Shown here piece by piece: positions 9,357 to 18,756 of a stretch of 64,000 nucleotides of DNA (position 1 is its first letter; every line of letters starts with the position of its first letter). A program made the position numbers and the translations under genes. The stretch spans positions 1 through 64,000 of the IMG/VR virus record IMGVR_UViG_3300037875_000559; one strand, written 5' to 3'. The notes under the pieces are model-generated. The model was not told the DNA's origin and searched no databases. It saw nothing but the letters and a program-made list of their open reading frames with translations. The stretch comes from a virus.

Positions 9357-10081
9357 GTAGAGGGAGATTAATACCAAGTCTTAATTATAGAAACAAAGAG
9401 TTCATAGATATGCACTTACCCTCCGATTCTTTAAGAAATATGGATGGTATAGAACTATATGCAGCTTCTAATCTGACAGATGCTCAAACGAACCCTGCTT
9501 TTATTTTCTTTGTTTCTTATCAGTCTACGTTTTTTTCAGAGACAATCAGAAGAACAAATAGAAGAGGTGCATACGAGTCTACAAGAGGTCAAACGAGATT
9601 TATTTTCAATCTCAATGATTTCTCAAATGTCCCACAGGCAAACCAAACGAGGATTCCTCCCGATGGGGATATCGCCTATATCAGAGTTAGAGGCAGATAT
9701 AAAGACGGTACTTTTAGTCCATTGGGCCCTATAGTGGGTGTGCCTTCTTATGACTTTTTTGGAGTAACTGCACCAGTATTTACAACTATCGGTACTGCTC
9801 CAAACTTAGAGACTAATGGTGTGATACCTGATGTTTTAGGTGAAGGTTGTATGAATTTCCACCTCCCCTATTTTAGTCAGACCTTAAACCTTCAGAATAT
9901 TTCTTCCGCCCAAGGTGGAAGTAACTTATTCTTTTCTTGCGGTGCAGGTATGTCTCCTTCTATTTTGCGACCCGGAGAGAATTTCACTCTTACAGGGAGT
10001 GCAGTGCCAGAGTTTTTCTTAGGTGGTGAGGATGGAACTCCCCTATTCACAATAAGGTGTTCTCTTGTAAATAGAGGCTGA
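9353..10081 (+). CDS. Hypothetical, probably structural protein
   Basis: Beta-rich ORF in the structural cluster. Confidence 0.55.
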   Translation: MSRGRLIPSLNYRNKEFIDMHLPSDSLRNMDGIELYAASNLTDAQTNPAFIFFVSYQSTFFSETIRRTNRRGAYESTRGQTRFIFNLNDFSNVPQANQTRIPPDGDIAYIRVRGRYKDGTFSPLGPIVGVPSYDFFGVTAPVFTTIGTAPNLETNGVIPDVLGEGCMNFHLPYFSQTLNLQNISSAQGGSNLFFSCGAGMSPSILRPGENFTLTGSAVPEFFLGGEDGTPLFTIRCSLVNRG

Positions 10082-10093
10082 TAGTTTATTTAT
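10082..10093 (+). promoter_or_regulatory. TAGTNNNTTTAT motif
   Basis: TAGTTTATTTAT ahead of the paralogue triad. Confidence 0.65.
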
Positions 10094-10148
10094 GACCTTC
10101 CCTATTTCGTGAAAAAATAATAAGTTCTCTTTCTTAAGGAGTGATGAG

Positions 10149-10871
10149 ATGCCTACTCAAGTTTACGTTGTAGCAAGAAGACCCGAAATACAAAACGGAT
10201 CTGTCATGGTTACAGATCTATTTCCTAATAAAAGTCAATCAAACCCAACAATTGACCCTGCTCCCCAAAGTCCTCTTTATATAAAGATTCCTTCAATGGG
10301 GAAAAATGTGAATCTGTCAACACCTGTTGCGGGGACTTTGAAAGTTCGATTTCCTTCAAGAGGTCTTGTTCCTTTCCTCCTGAAAAATATTCAGCATGGT
10401 GCAGGTACTGCTTTATCGTTAGCAGAAGCTATCGTAGTTGCGGATTCGATCCTGCTTGCAGTTCGTGGTGGTGATACACTCAATGAAAATGCGATCAATA
10501 AGTTTCTCGAAGATGCGACCAATAATGTTTTGACTGTTCTCGATGATGGTGCTGGTAATAGTACCTCTGTCGCTACCGTTGAAGATATATTAAGAGTTCT
10601 TTCAGGTGAGACATATGAAGTTTCAGCGAATACTACTATTCAAGTCAATAATGTATTCGTCCCTGACATTAACCATCTTTACGGATTTAAAAAAGATCAG
10701 AAACATTTAGTTCCTGGAGACGACTCTTGGGTTATTTCCTTCAGAGAAGGTGGACTCAAAGGTTTGACCTCTGTTCGTGATGCCGTTTACGGTGATCTTT
10801 TTGCAGGTGTGAAATCAACTTCTCCTCTTCTTACTGTCTATGTTTCAGATGGTTCTTTGTTTGCCCTTTAA
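10149..10871 (+). CDS. Putative virion protein, paralogue 1 of 3
   Basis: TDLFPNKSQ and C-terminal VYVSDGSL shared with the next two genes; SD AAGGAG. Confidence 0.7.
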   Translation: MPTQVYVVARRPEIQNGSVMVTDLFPNKSQSNPTIDPAPQSPLYIKIPSMGKNVNLSTPVAGTLKVRFPSRGLVPFLLKNIQHGAGTALSLAEAIVVADSILLAVRGGDTLNENAINKFLEDATNNVLTVLDDGAGNSTSVATVEDILRVLSGETYEVSANTTIQVNNVFVPDINHLYGFKKDQKHLVPGDDSWVISFREGGLKGLTSVRDAVYGDLFAGVKSTSPLLTVYVSDGSLFAL

Positions 10872-10888
10872 GAAATAGGAGATTTTCT

Positions 10889-11584
10889 ATGCCTTTTTTA
10901 TGTACTCCAAGAGTTTTAAACTCTACAGATGGTCGTGTTTCTGTTCAGATTACCGACTTATTTCCTAACAAATCTCAACACAGTGCTGTAATGACTCCTA
11001 ACTTCCAAGGGCCTGCTTATCTTCATGCTCATGGTAGGAAGTTGACAGAGACTGTTGCTTTGGATGGCGATTTCGCAACGACTACAGACTTAAGTGGGTT
11101 AGCAGTATATTTCTTGACTACTCTCATAGATAGTGATGGAGGTGGTGTTGCTCTTACTGCGGTTATGGCGAATGCTATTGCAAATGCTGTTATCGAAAGA
11201 ATGGAAAGTGGTCTCAGTCTTACAAAGGCTGATATGAATACCATCATTGTTGCAAAGACAGGTGGTGCTAACAATAATATGGATCTTGGAACTGCATCTG
11301 TTCTTGAGGTTCTTCAGATTGTTAGTGGCTATAAAACTTTCTCTGTACCCACAGGTCAAGATGTTGAAAACGGTGGTGCACAGGTAGCTTTAGACGCAAA
11401 TGTCCAAGCTGGCTTCTTCTCAACCCCGTATGACGCTAGTAAGTTGTTCTCTAAGTTCGACTCATCTTTCTTTGTTTCAGCTAGAAGTGGACAACTTAAG
11501 ATTGCCCAACTTCGTACTGACGCTAAAGGTAACCCAACGCCACTCGTTGTCTGTTATGCAGATGACGGTTCGCTCATCCAATAA
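10889..11584 (+). CDS. Putative virion protein, paralogue 2 of 3
   Basis: TDLFPNKSQ...CYADDGSL. Confidence 0.7.
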   Translation: MPFLCTPRVLNSTDGRVSVQITDLFPNKSQHSAVMTPNFQGPAYLHAHGRKLTETVALDGDFATTTDLSGLAVYFLTTLIDSDGGGVALTAVMANAIANAVIERMESGLSLTKADMNTIIVAKTGGANNNMDLGTASVLEVLQIVSGYKTFSVPTGQDVENGGAQVALDANVQAGFFSTPYDASKLFSKFDSSFFVSARSGQLKIAQLRTDAKGNPTPLVVCYADDGSLIQ

Positions 11585-11596
11585 GGAGACATAATC

Positions 11597-12244
11597 ATGG
11601 CAAGTCCTGTAATATGTATTAGAGATACTTCTATAAAAAATGGTCAGTTAATGGTTTCTGATCTTTTCCCCAACAAATCACAAGCAAGTGCCGTAATCGA
11701 CCCTGCTCCCCAAGGCCCTAGATACCTAAGAGTAGTTGAAGACGGAACTCCTGTTGTAGCCAACGATGTTGTTACTAGAAATGTTAGTGGTCTTACTGCA
11801 TATCTATTGACCACAATAGACGTTGAACAAGGCGGAGCTAATCCTACTCCTGCCCAAGCTGGTGAAATGTCAGCCACGTTATTAAAAAGAATGAGAAATG
11901 GGAATGAACTCACTCACGCCAAAATAAATGAAGCGATCATATCCGCAGGAGGCCAAGGAGGAGATTTTGATAATACAGGTCTTGGTTTAGGTGCTTCCAC
12001 TGCTACTGTTCAGAATATCTTGAGCATTCTTGGTGGTGCGAACTTTACTGTTTCAGCGGGTACGAGTGTAGATGGTTCTTATCTCTCTGTTGTAGATCAA
12101 GCTAGTCTTTTTGACTCTACGGTTTATGCTCCTGTCTTGGATGAAGACTCAAGCTTCCATATTTCTCGTGTAGAGGGCTTTCTTTCAAAAGCTAAGAGTG
12201 CTAACTTAGTTGTAGTTTATGCAGGGGACGGTAGCTTACTTTAA
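11597..12244 (+). CDS. Putative virion protein, paralogue 3 of 3
   Basis: SDLFPNKSQ...VYAGDGSL. Confidence 0.7.
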   Translation: MASPVICIRDTSIKNGQLMVSDLFPNKSQASAVIDPAPQGPRYLRVVEDGTPVVANDVVTRNVSGLTAYLLTTIDVEQGGANPTPAQAGEMSATLLKRMRNGNELTHAKINEAIISAGGQGGDFDNTGLGLGASTATVQNILSILGGANFTVSAGTSVDGSYLSVVDQASLFDSTVYAPVLDEDSSFHISRVEGFLSKAKSANLVVVYAGDGSLL

Positions 12245-12254
12245 GGAGTAATAG

Positions 12255-12470
12255 GTGAAGATCACTTTGCTAGATAGAAAAGCAATTGGAGCTTTCTTAG
12301 AGAAAAAGAATTTCGATGGACGTGTTATTTTTTCACAAGGGTCTGAGCTAAGAGCGTCTTGGGGCAAGAAGCCTCTCATAGCAAAGTGGGACAAACGAGA
12401 TAAACTTATCCTCATCCCTTCAGAAGATAAGGGTGTGAGGAAAGTCCAAGACTTTATGGGAAGAGAATAA
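12255..12470 (+). CDS. Hypothetical protein
   Basis: SD AAGGAG with GTG start. Confidence 0.6.
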   Translation: MKITLLDRKAIGAFLEKKNFDGRVIFSQGSELRASWGKKPLIAKWDKRDKLILIPSEDKGVRKVQDFMGRE

Positions 12471-12476
12471 AGTCTT

Positions 12477-12740
12477 ATGTTGAATGGTGTTGAAGAAATA
12501 GAGGATCAGTATAAGACCTCAGACTTATACTTTGCAGCCTATTTGAAGGTTGCAGGGTTAGAGTTTCTTTTTACAGAGAAGCAAGGTCGCAAGGTTATAT
12601 TTGTTTTCAGAAAAACAGATTCCATACAAGACTTGAAGAGAGGCTACTTTAATCGTTCGACTAAAGTCTTAGCTCTAAATTATGTAGATGAAATAAGGTC
12701 TATGAAGTCTCTCACCTACATGGCTAAATCAGACGTATAA
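12477..12740 (+). CDS. DUF5659-like small phage protein
   Basis: YKTSDLYFAAYL pattern recalled for this family. Confidence 0.6.
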   Translation: MLNGVEEIEDQYKTSDLYFAAYLKVAGLEFLFTEKQGRKVIFVFRKTDSIQDLKRGYFNRSTKVLALNYVDEIRSMKSLTYMAKSDV

Positions 12741-12743
12741 ACA

Positions 12744-12755
12744 TAGTTTTCTTAT
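12744..12755 (+). promoter_or_regulatory. TAGTNNNTTTAT motif variant
   Basis: TAGTTTTCTTAT, 41 nt before ATG 12785. Confidence 0.55.
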
Positions 12756-12784
12756 ATCTCTCTTTTAAAGAGAGAGAGGTATTT

Positions 12785-13567
12785 ATGTTTCGTCTGATGT
12801 TTGTTTTATTTCTTTTAAGTCCATTTACTTCACATGCTCAAGTAAATATTGAAAACCAGAGATCTGGTAAAAAAGGGTTTCTTACGACTGTTACTGTTGG
12901 TTCTCAGTTGAAGAAAGGGAATAGTGATGTGTTTGATCTTAAGTCTTCATTAAGACTAGATCATAACACACAACACAACCATTTTTTCATCCTTACAGAC
13001 TATGAGTATGGACAGAGCAATGGTGAAGATTACAAGGGATCAAAATTCTATCATGTAAGAAATACATATAGGTTTCTTAGAGGTTTAGAAGGGGTGTTAC
13101 ATAAGTCAAATCTTGGAGTTGAAGGCTTTACTCAATATCAGAGTAATGTTTTCAGTGATTTAGAACTCCGTCAACTTCTAGGTTTTGGTCTTAGGTATGA
13201 AGAAGTAGATGACAGGGGGGTTAAGGTTTCAGCGAGAGATGTTTATGCTTTTGGTTTGGCCGGTATGTTAGAGTATGAGTCTCTGATTTCTGGCGAGGAG
13301 GGTGGCCTTTCTTTAAGGATGACAAGTTATATTTCTTTTAGAAAAACAACAGAAGGAAAAAACGCTTTCTTTTTGGTAGCCTATTTCCAACCCAAGGTAC
13401 TAAATTTAAAGGACTTCAGGGTCCTTTCAGAGTGTGGTGTGGAGTTTAAGTTATCTAGAAACGCTTTTATTCGCAATGCTTTTCAGTTTAACTATGACTC
13501 AAGACCTCCCACAGAAATAGAGAAATATGATTTATCAAACCTCGTTTCTTTGAAACTTGATTGGTAG
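12785..13567 (+). CDS. Outer-membrane beta-barrel protein, DUF481/YdiY-like
   Basis: Signal peptide (SHA/Q), amphipathic strands, GNSD...YDSRPP pattern, C-terminal beta-signal SLKLDW. Confidence 0.75.
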   Translation: MFRLMFVLFLLSPFTSHAQVNIENQRSGKKGFLTTVTVGSQLKKGNSDVFDLKSSLRLDHNTQHNHFFILTDYEYGQSNGEDYKGSKFYHVRNTYRFLRGLEGVLHKSNLGVEGFTQYQSNVFSDLELRQLLGFGLRYEEVDDRGVKVSARDVYAFGLAGMLEYESLISGEEGGLSLRMTSYISFRKTTEGKNAFFLVAYFQPKVLNLKDFRVLSECGVEFKLSRNAFIRNAFQFNYDSRPPTEIEKYDLSNLVSLKLDW

Positions 13568-13644
13568 CTTTTCAATGTTTTCTTTATTTCTTGCTGTATT
13601 GATATACAATGCGGAATCTTTTAATTGTGGGGTGTAATACGCTA

Positions 13645-14592
13645 ATGAGAAATATTATAAAAAAAGTAGCAAGTCATAAATATCAACGGACAAAGGTTGC
13701 AGAGAAGCATATCTATAAGACTTTTCAGAAAAAGGCTTGTGTGATAGCTCATGTGAACTCCGAAGGTTCTAGAGTTTTGTTTAAGAATAGAGATAGAAAC
13801 TATTCTCCAGAACTAAAAGTGTATCATACGCTTCGTAGGGGGGTAGAAATAGTCTACATGAAAGATGAGAATACAGGGTGGGTAGAAGGTGTAAATGAGT
13901 TTGGTATAGGTTTAGTGAACTCCGCCTTAATGGTTCTTTGGGATGAGAAAGAGGGTGGCAAAGGAAAAGGTAAAAAAAATGACTCTGCTACTTTGGGCAT
14001 TGTGGGGTCTAAAGACGCTAAAAGAATTCTTAGAGCATTGGAGTGTGAGACACTAGAAAAAGCGATGGAAGAACTTATTTCTTTTGAAGGAGGTATTCGA
14101 GGTCATACAATAGTTTCCGATGGTGTCCGAGCATTCTCTCTTGAACATACTGCAAAACACGCTCCCTATTACCAAGAAATATTAGAAGACGAAATCTTAG
14201 TTCGTAGTAATCATGGGTCGAAGTATCCTGATGCAGGTTATACAATAGGAGAGAACGCTCTTAGTAGTAAGCGTAGGATGCAAATCACTCTTGAGACACT
14301 TCCAAATCTTAAAATTGAAGAGATCGCACCCTCTCTTTATTCTCAGAAATATGTGGACGTGGGGAGTCCTTTCAATGTTGTCCGTAAAACGGACAATATG
14401 TACACTAGCTCTCAAATTGTATTAGATCTAAAGAGTAGGAAGATGGTGCTTTATCTGATCCCAGAAGAAGCGAGTTTTTTGGGTGTCTCTATAGATAAAG
14501 AAATAGAACAAGCCAAATGCTCTTTTGAAGTCAAAGAGTTCTCATTCTTTGATGAAGCAGGTGGTTTTGAAATCAAAAATGTCGTTTATTGA
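13645..14592 (+). CDS. Ntn-hydrolase (Cys nucleophile; C45/AAT or choloylglycine hydrolase-like) with basic propeptide
   Basis: CVIAH...LFKNRD...EGVNEFGI...VRSNH...SSKRR; Cys codon at 13738. Confidence 0.75.
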   Translation: MRNIIKKVASHKYQRTKVAEKHIYKTFQKKACVIAHVNSEGSRVLFKNRDRNYSPELKVYHTLRRGVEIVYMKDENTGWVEGVNEFGIGLVNSALMVLWDEKEGGKGKGKKNDSATLGIVGSKDAKRILRALECETLEKAMEELISFEGGIRGHTIVSDGVRAFSLEHTAKHAPYYQEILEDEILVRSNHGSKYPDAGYTIGENALSSKRRMQITLETLPNLKIEEIAPSLYSQKYVDVGSPFNVVRKTDNMYTSSQIVLDLKSRKMVLYLIPEEASFLGVSIDKEIEQAKCSFEVKEFSFFDEAGGFEIKNVVY

Positions 14593-14601
14593 GGCTTAAG
14601 T

Positions 14602-15498
14602 ATGTCTGTATTGTTTAAAAAAAATCAAACCCTTGGTCGTGGCGATTTAGATATTTTTCTCACTAATAGTAATGGGAATGTTTCTAATGCTTCAGAAATA
14701 ACATACGCACTTTTCTTTGTAGATCCGGGCCCTCCAGAAGCAGATGTTCTTATAGGAGACCCTGTGAGGATACCTGAAAACCCTAGTGTTGGTGAATACT
14801 ATGCTTCAGTAAGAATCCCGCCATCTGCGAGCTATGGCACTTATCGGATTAGGTGGTCTTTGAAAGAACTTGTGAATAGTCCTGTTCAAACAGTTGTTCA
14901 AGAGTTTCAGATTATCCCAGAAAACGCTTCTTTTGGGATCTCTTTAAATAAAGCAGAGAAGGGGATGATAGATAAACTTAGAATGCTACTTCGAGATCAA
15001 AATCCTGATAAATACTATCACTTCAGACCTCCAGAGCATGAAGCGAACATTGGTGCATACAACAGAGTATTTGGTCAAGTATGGGAGGACGCTGAGTTCT
15101 TAGAATATCTTGAAAGGTCTTTAGATTGGTGGAATATGCAACCCCCTGAAACGGAGAACTTAACTACAATCCAAAACCTTGTGGATCGAAAGCCTGTTTG
15201 GAGGACACCTGTACTCCAAGGAGCGATACAGTTTGCAGCTATGGCACTCCAAGCTAATTGGATTGTAGATGAGTTTGACTACTCTATTGGTGGGATAAGT
15301 CTGAACATAGACCGTTCTTCTAAATATGAGAGTTTGAAGTCAAGTGCAGAACAGATGTGGAGTCAGAGCGTTGAAGCAAAAGCTCGAACTACAAAGTTTA
15401 TGAGAGGGCTTTCCCAACCGAAATATGGGATCGGGATTCGGTCGGCCTTTGGGCCCCACGTTGGTCGAGGTGTTTTATCTCCTCGTAACTTCATGTAG
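14602..15498 (+). CDS. Putative neck/head-tail adaptor protein
   Basis: N-terminal beta-sandwich (GEYY...GTYRIRW), then a helical domain LRMLLRD...FDYSIGGISLNIDRSSKY typical of large-phage neck proteins. Confidence 0.55.
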   Translation: MSVLFKKNQTLGRGDLDIFLTNSNGNVSNASEITYALFFVDPGPPEADVLIGDPVRIPENPSVGEYYASVRIPPSASYGTYRIRWSLKELVNSPVQTVVQEFQIIPENASFGISLNKAEKGMIDKLRMLLRDQNPDKYYHFRPPEHEANIGAYNRVFGQVWEDAEFLEYLERSLDWWNMQPPETENLTTIQNLVDRKPVWRTPVLQGAIQFAAMALQANWIVDEFDYSIGGISLNIDRSSKYESLKSSAEQMWSQSVEAKARTTKFMRGLSQPKYGIGIRSAFGPHVGRGVLSPRNFM

Positions 15499-15507
15499 GA
15501 GATAACA

Positions 15508-15855
15508 ATGTCTGAACAAATACAACAAACAGAAGAGAGGGTGCAAAAGAAACTTTTAGATTTATTTTTCAAAGGTCTTTCCGCTCTAATGTTGCCTGTT
15601 CTAATCTGGGCGTACTCTGTTTCTTTGGATATCGCTATAATTAAAGATTCTGTTTCAGACCTAGAAGGTGACCTGGGTCAAGAGAGTGTGAGAATCAAAA
15701 CGAATACTTCTTCTATATCCACTAATAATAGTAAGATTGGTGATCTTAAATATGTTGAGAAGTACCAAAAAAAGATGGAGAAAGACTTAGACGATACTAA
15801 GAAATCTCTAGAAAAAATCCATATCGCTCTTGTTAAGATTCTTCAAAAAAAGTGA
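15508..15855 (+). CDS. Single-TM coiled-coil protein
   Basis: One TM segment followed by heptads; SD AGGAG. Confidence 0.55.
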   Translation: MSEQIQQTEERVQKKLLDLFFKGLSALMLPVLIWAYSVSLDIAIIKDSVSDLEGDLGQESVRIKTNTSSISTNNSKIGDLKYVEKYQKKMEKDLDDTKKSLEKIHIALVKILQKK

Positions 15856-15864
15856 GTCGCTTCC

Positions 15865-16176
15865 ATGAAAACTCTTTCCTATATTTTCATACTGTTTTTC
15901 TCTTTAGTTGCTCTTTCTGCCTTTCCTACACAAGGTGAAAGGAGTAAGAAGAGGGGTTTGCAAGAGAGCCAAGCAGAGGTTCTCCAAACAGTAGAAAATC
16001 GTTTGGAAGAAATAGGGGTAGACACTGAAACAAAAGTGCTTAAAACTAGAACAAGCTCGGTAGAGTCTCTTAGTCCTCAGAGTAAGAGGGTAGAAAATCT
16101 AGTTGTCACCACAAAAAACATAAAAGAAAAATGTAAAGAGATTCAAAATCTCTTGGAGGAATATAATGAGCGTTAA
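15865..16176 (+). CDS. Secreted or membrane-anchored helical protein
   Basis: N-terminal signal peptide without a lipobox Cys. Confidence 0.55.
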   Translation: MKTLSYIFILFFSLVALSAFPTQGERSKKRGLQESQAEVLQTVENRLEEIGVDTETKVLKTRTSSVESLSPQSKRVENLVVTTKNIKEKCKEIQNLLEEYNER

Positions 16177-16462
16177 CACTCAGCCTGTACAAGTTGGAAA
16201 TCTGAATGAAGAAGAGCTTTCTGAATTCACTCGTGTTCGCAATCTTGCATCTCAAATGATTCAACAACTTGGAACTTTGGAGCTTCGTAAGGCAAGATTG
16301 GTTTCAGATTTGAACACGAACGAAGAGTCTGCACAAGCTCTTTTAAGCGTTGCGAGAGAGCGAGTCGGTGTCGCAGAAGACACCCCTTGGCAGATCCGAG
16401 ATGATGGCACTATCTTTGTTATGCAAGCTTCAGAAGAAGAAGCTGTTAGCGAAGAAGGTTAA
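16166..16462 (+). CDS. Hypothetical coiled-coil protein
   Basis: SD GGAGG; overlapping start. Confidence 0.6.
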   Translation: MSVNTQPVQVGNLNEEELSEFTRVRNLASQMIQQLGTLELRKARLVSDLNTNEESAQALLSVARERVGVAEDTPWQIRDDGTIFVMQASEEEAVSEEG

Positions 16463-16482
16463 GAATGAAAGAGAGGTAGCAT

Positions 16483-17844
16483 ATGACAGCAGGTTGGTAT
16501 TACTCTAGGAGTCCTTATCCTTTACCTCCTACTTCAACAAGTGCAACCTCTCCTTTCATAAGAGGTCTTATCGACCTTCGTTGGGACAATCCTTCTTCTC
16601 GACATGAGAATGAAGGTTGGCTAGTTAGAGGTGTAAATGTATATCGCTCCCAGAGTTCAGATGTAGGTCCTTTTCGTAGGGTGAATCTGAGTCCTGTGGG
16701 AGGCACTTTCTATCGTGACGGAGATTGTACTGAGACTATACATGATGAAATAGTAGATAACTGGATTTCTTTCAACAATCAGGGCGAAAGACCTTATCGG
16801 TTCAAAACCAAATATGCTATTTCTAGTGTTTCTGTAGTTGGGGAGGCTTCGACTTCACCTAAAGATGTTGTAGTAACTGTTAATGGTGTAGTTATTCCTG
16901 TCATGTCGGTTTTAGGGCAGACAGGCGAAGTTTCTCTTGCAGAATACCACATAGAAGACCCTAAGAATCTTAGGGTGGAGTCCTATCCTCCTCTTATAAA
17001 AGAGGGAGATGAGGTTGTTATTTCTTATGTGGCTTACTTTTCTGATAGAAAAGTAAACACGGGTATAGACCGTAGAGATTACTATCGTATTTCTACAGTA
17101 GCAGAAGACCCAAAAACAGGTTCTTTGTATGAAACTCCATTAGAGTTCTGTCCTCCTTTCTCAGATAGAGAAATAGAGAGGGTGGATTATATGTGGAAAG
17201 AGGGCATACGGAGAAATAACTGGATACTAGAACAAGGTGGAGAGAGGGTTAAGCTTTTCAATAGGAGGTTGAATGGAGAACCTTGTGGCTGTGTCGCTTT
17301 TAATAGAGAAACTTTAGAATATGCAAAACAACCCGACTCTCTTTGCAAGACCTGTTTTGGTACAGGAATTAAAGGGGGTTATGACGGACCTTATGATATT
17401 ATTGTAGGTCCTGATGAGGGAGAGAAACGTATTTCTCAAGAAGAAAGAGGTCGTAGGAAAGAACACAACTATGGTGTGTGGATCGGACCTAGTCCAATCG
17501 TTGCTCAGAAAGATTTCATTGTGAAATTGAACAATGAGAGGTTTTCCATAGGGGCGATCACTTATTCTTCTAATCGTGGAAATATACTACATCAAGCTTT
17601 TAACATCGCATATCTAGATCAAGGAGACATACGCTATAAAGTGCCAATACATGGTGTTCCAGTGAGCTGGCCTCAAACAAGGTATTCACGTTGGCATATA
17701 AGAGAGACTTATGACGCTAGGTCAGACGCTCCTTATTCTTTGGGTGTTGACAATTCTTATCCTATGGAAACAGATCGCCCTGACAAACCTAATCAGTTTG
17801 AAGTGAGTGGTAGAACTGCTACATGGGAAAACCACAATTCATAG
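16483..17844 (+). CDS. Putative head-completion/neck protein with Cys cluster
   Basis: FnIII-like N-terminus (LRWDNP...GVNVYRS), CGC...CKTCFGTGIKGGY, then a head-closure-like beta region. Confidence 0.5.
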   Translation: MTAGWYYSRSPYPLPPTSTSATSPFIRGLIDLRWDNPSSRHENEGWLVRGVNVYRSQSSDVGPFRRVNLSPVGGTFYRDGDCTETIHDEIVDNWISFNNQGERPYRFKTKYAISSVSVVGEASTSPKDVVVTVNGVVIPVMSVLGQTGEVSLAEYHIEDPKNLRVESYPPLIKEGDEVVISYVAYFSDRKVNTGIDRRDYYRISTVAEDPKTGSLYETPLEFCPPFSDREIERVDYMWKEGIRRNNWILEQGGERVKLFNRRLNGEPCGCVAFNRETLEYAKQPDSLCKTCFGTGIKGGYDGPYDIIVGPDEGEKRISQEERGRRKEHNYGVWIGPSPIVAQKDFIVKLNNERFSIGAITYSSNRGNILHQAFNIAYLDQGDIRYKVPIHGVPVSWPQTRYSRWHIRETYDARSDAPYSLGVDNSYPMETDRPDKPNQFEVSGRTATWENHNS

Positions 17845-17854
17845 GGCTTGAGTT

Positions 17855-18433
17855 ATGTCTCAGGGAAGAAGCCAAAGAAGAACAGACGGCAAGTTTGTTT
17901 TTATAAAAAAAATAAAACCGAAGATGGTTTTCAGAAATAGTAATAACTCTATTCTTTCTTCAGCACCAAACTTCGGCTTTACACAAGATGTTTTAAAAGT
18001 GATTGGCGATTACATCTTGATGAGCATCAAAGAAGAAATAGATAGGGTGTCTAATCTAGGTCAAGGTATACCAAGAAATAGCCAATTTAAAGAATCGTTT
18101 TTCTACGAGATCAAGAAAGACACTAAAGGGGTTCTCAGACTATATCTCCATTCGGATTGGAGATGGGTTGGTAGGTATTTGAGTGATCGTGGGGAAATAG
18201 AGATGAAGTGGCTCACAGGGTTAAAGAACAATAGAGGCAAAAGACAGACTATTCCTATCAAAGATAAGAAGACAGGGGAGATGGTTTTTAGAAATGTGCC
18301 TTTAAAGACTAAGAATGCTTGGGTTCATCCTGCAATAAACAAGTACAACTTCATAGAGAACGGTATAGAAAAAGGACAGCGAAGGGCTATTCCTGTTATT
18401 TCTAAGATGATACAGAGAAAGATCAGAACTTAG
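17855..18433 (+). CDS. Basic putative neck/tail-completion protein
   Basis: FRNVP...WVHPA...FIENGI pattern and gene context. Confidence 0.45.
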   Translation: MSQGRSQRRTDGKFVFIKKIKPKMVFRNSNNSILSSAPNFGFTQDVLKVIGDYILMSIKEEIDRVSNLGQGIPRNSQFKESFFYEIKKDTKGVLRLYLHSDWRWVGRYLSDRGEIEMKWLTGLKNNRGKRQTIPIKDKKTGEMVFRNVPLKTKNAWVHPAINKYNFIENGIEKGQRRAIPVISKMIQRKIRT

Positions 18434-18506
18434 TTTTAGTTATTAAATAGACAAAAAAGATGTCTATTTAAATTATTTTACTTGAGCTAAGAAAAGTGCG
18501 AGTGGT

Positions 18507-18665
18507 ATGAGAAATCTGTTTGTGTGTGTGTGTGTGCTTATTATTTCTAGTGGAGATGAAGTTCCAAAACCCCCGAATACAAAAGAGTTTTACTCTGAAG
18601 AGGAGGATGGAGACATTCTTTTGGATTTTAACTTTGTATCTCTACAGAATAGAAGATTCGCTTAA
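18507..18665 (+). CDS. Possible 52-aa peptide with signal-like N-terminus containing a (TG)8 tract
   Basis: Manual translation MRNLFVCVCVLIISSGDEVPKPP...RRFA; below the ORF-track cutoff; weak SD. Confidence 0.35.
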   Translation: MRNLFVCVCVLIISSGDEVPKPPNTKEFYSEEEDGDILLDFNFVSLQNRRFA

Positions 18666-18756
18666 GAGATTTTTATGTTAAGATTTTGTCTGCCTAGTAA
18701 AAAGAGTGTGTACTCCTTTTATTTCCTAGTTTACTTGGAAACTGTTTAAATAAGAA

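Noticed and set aside
15508-16176. i-spanin/o-spanin pair
   Set aside because: The second protein has no lipobox Cys, so support is insufficient.
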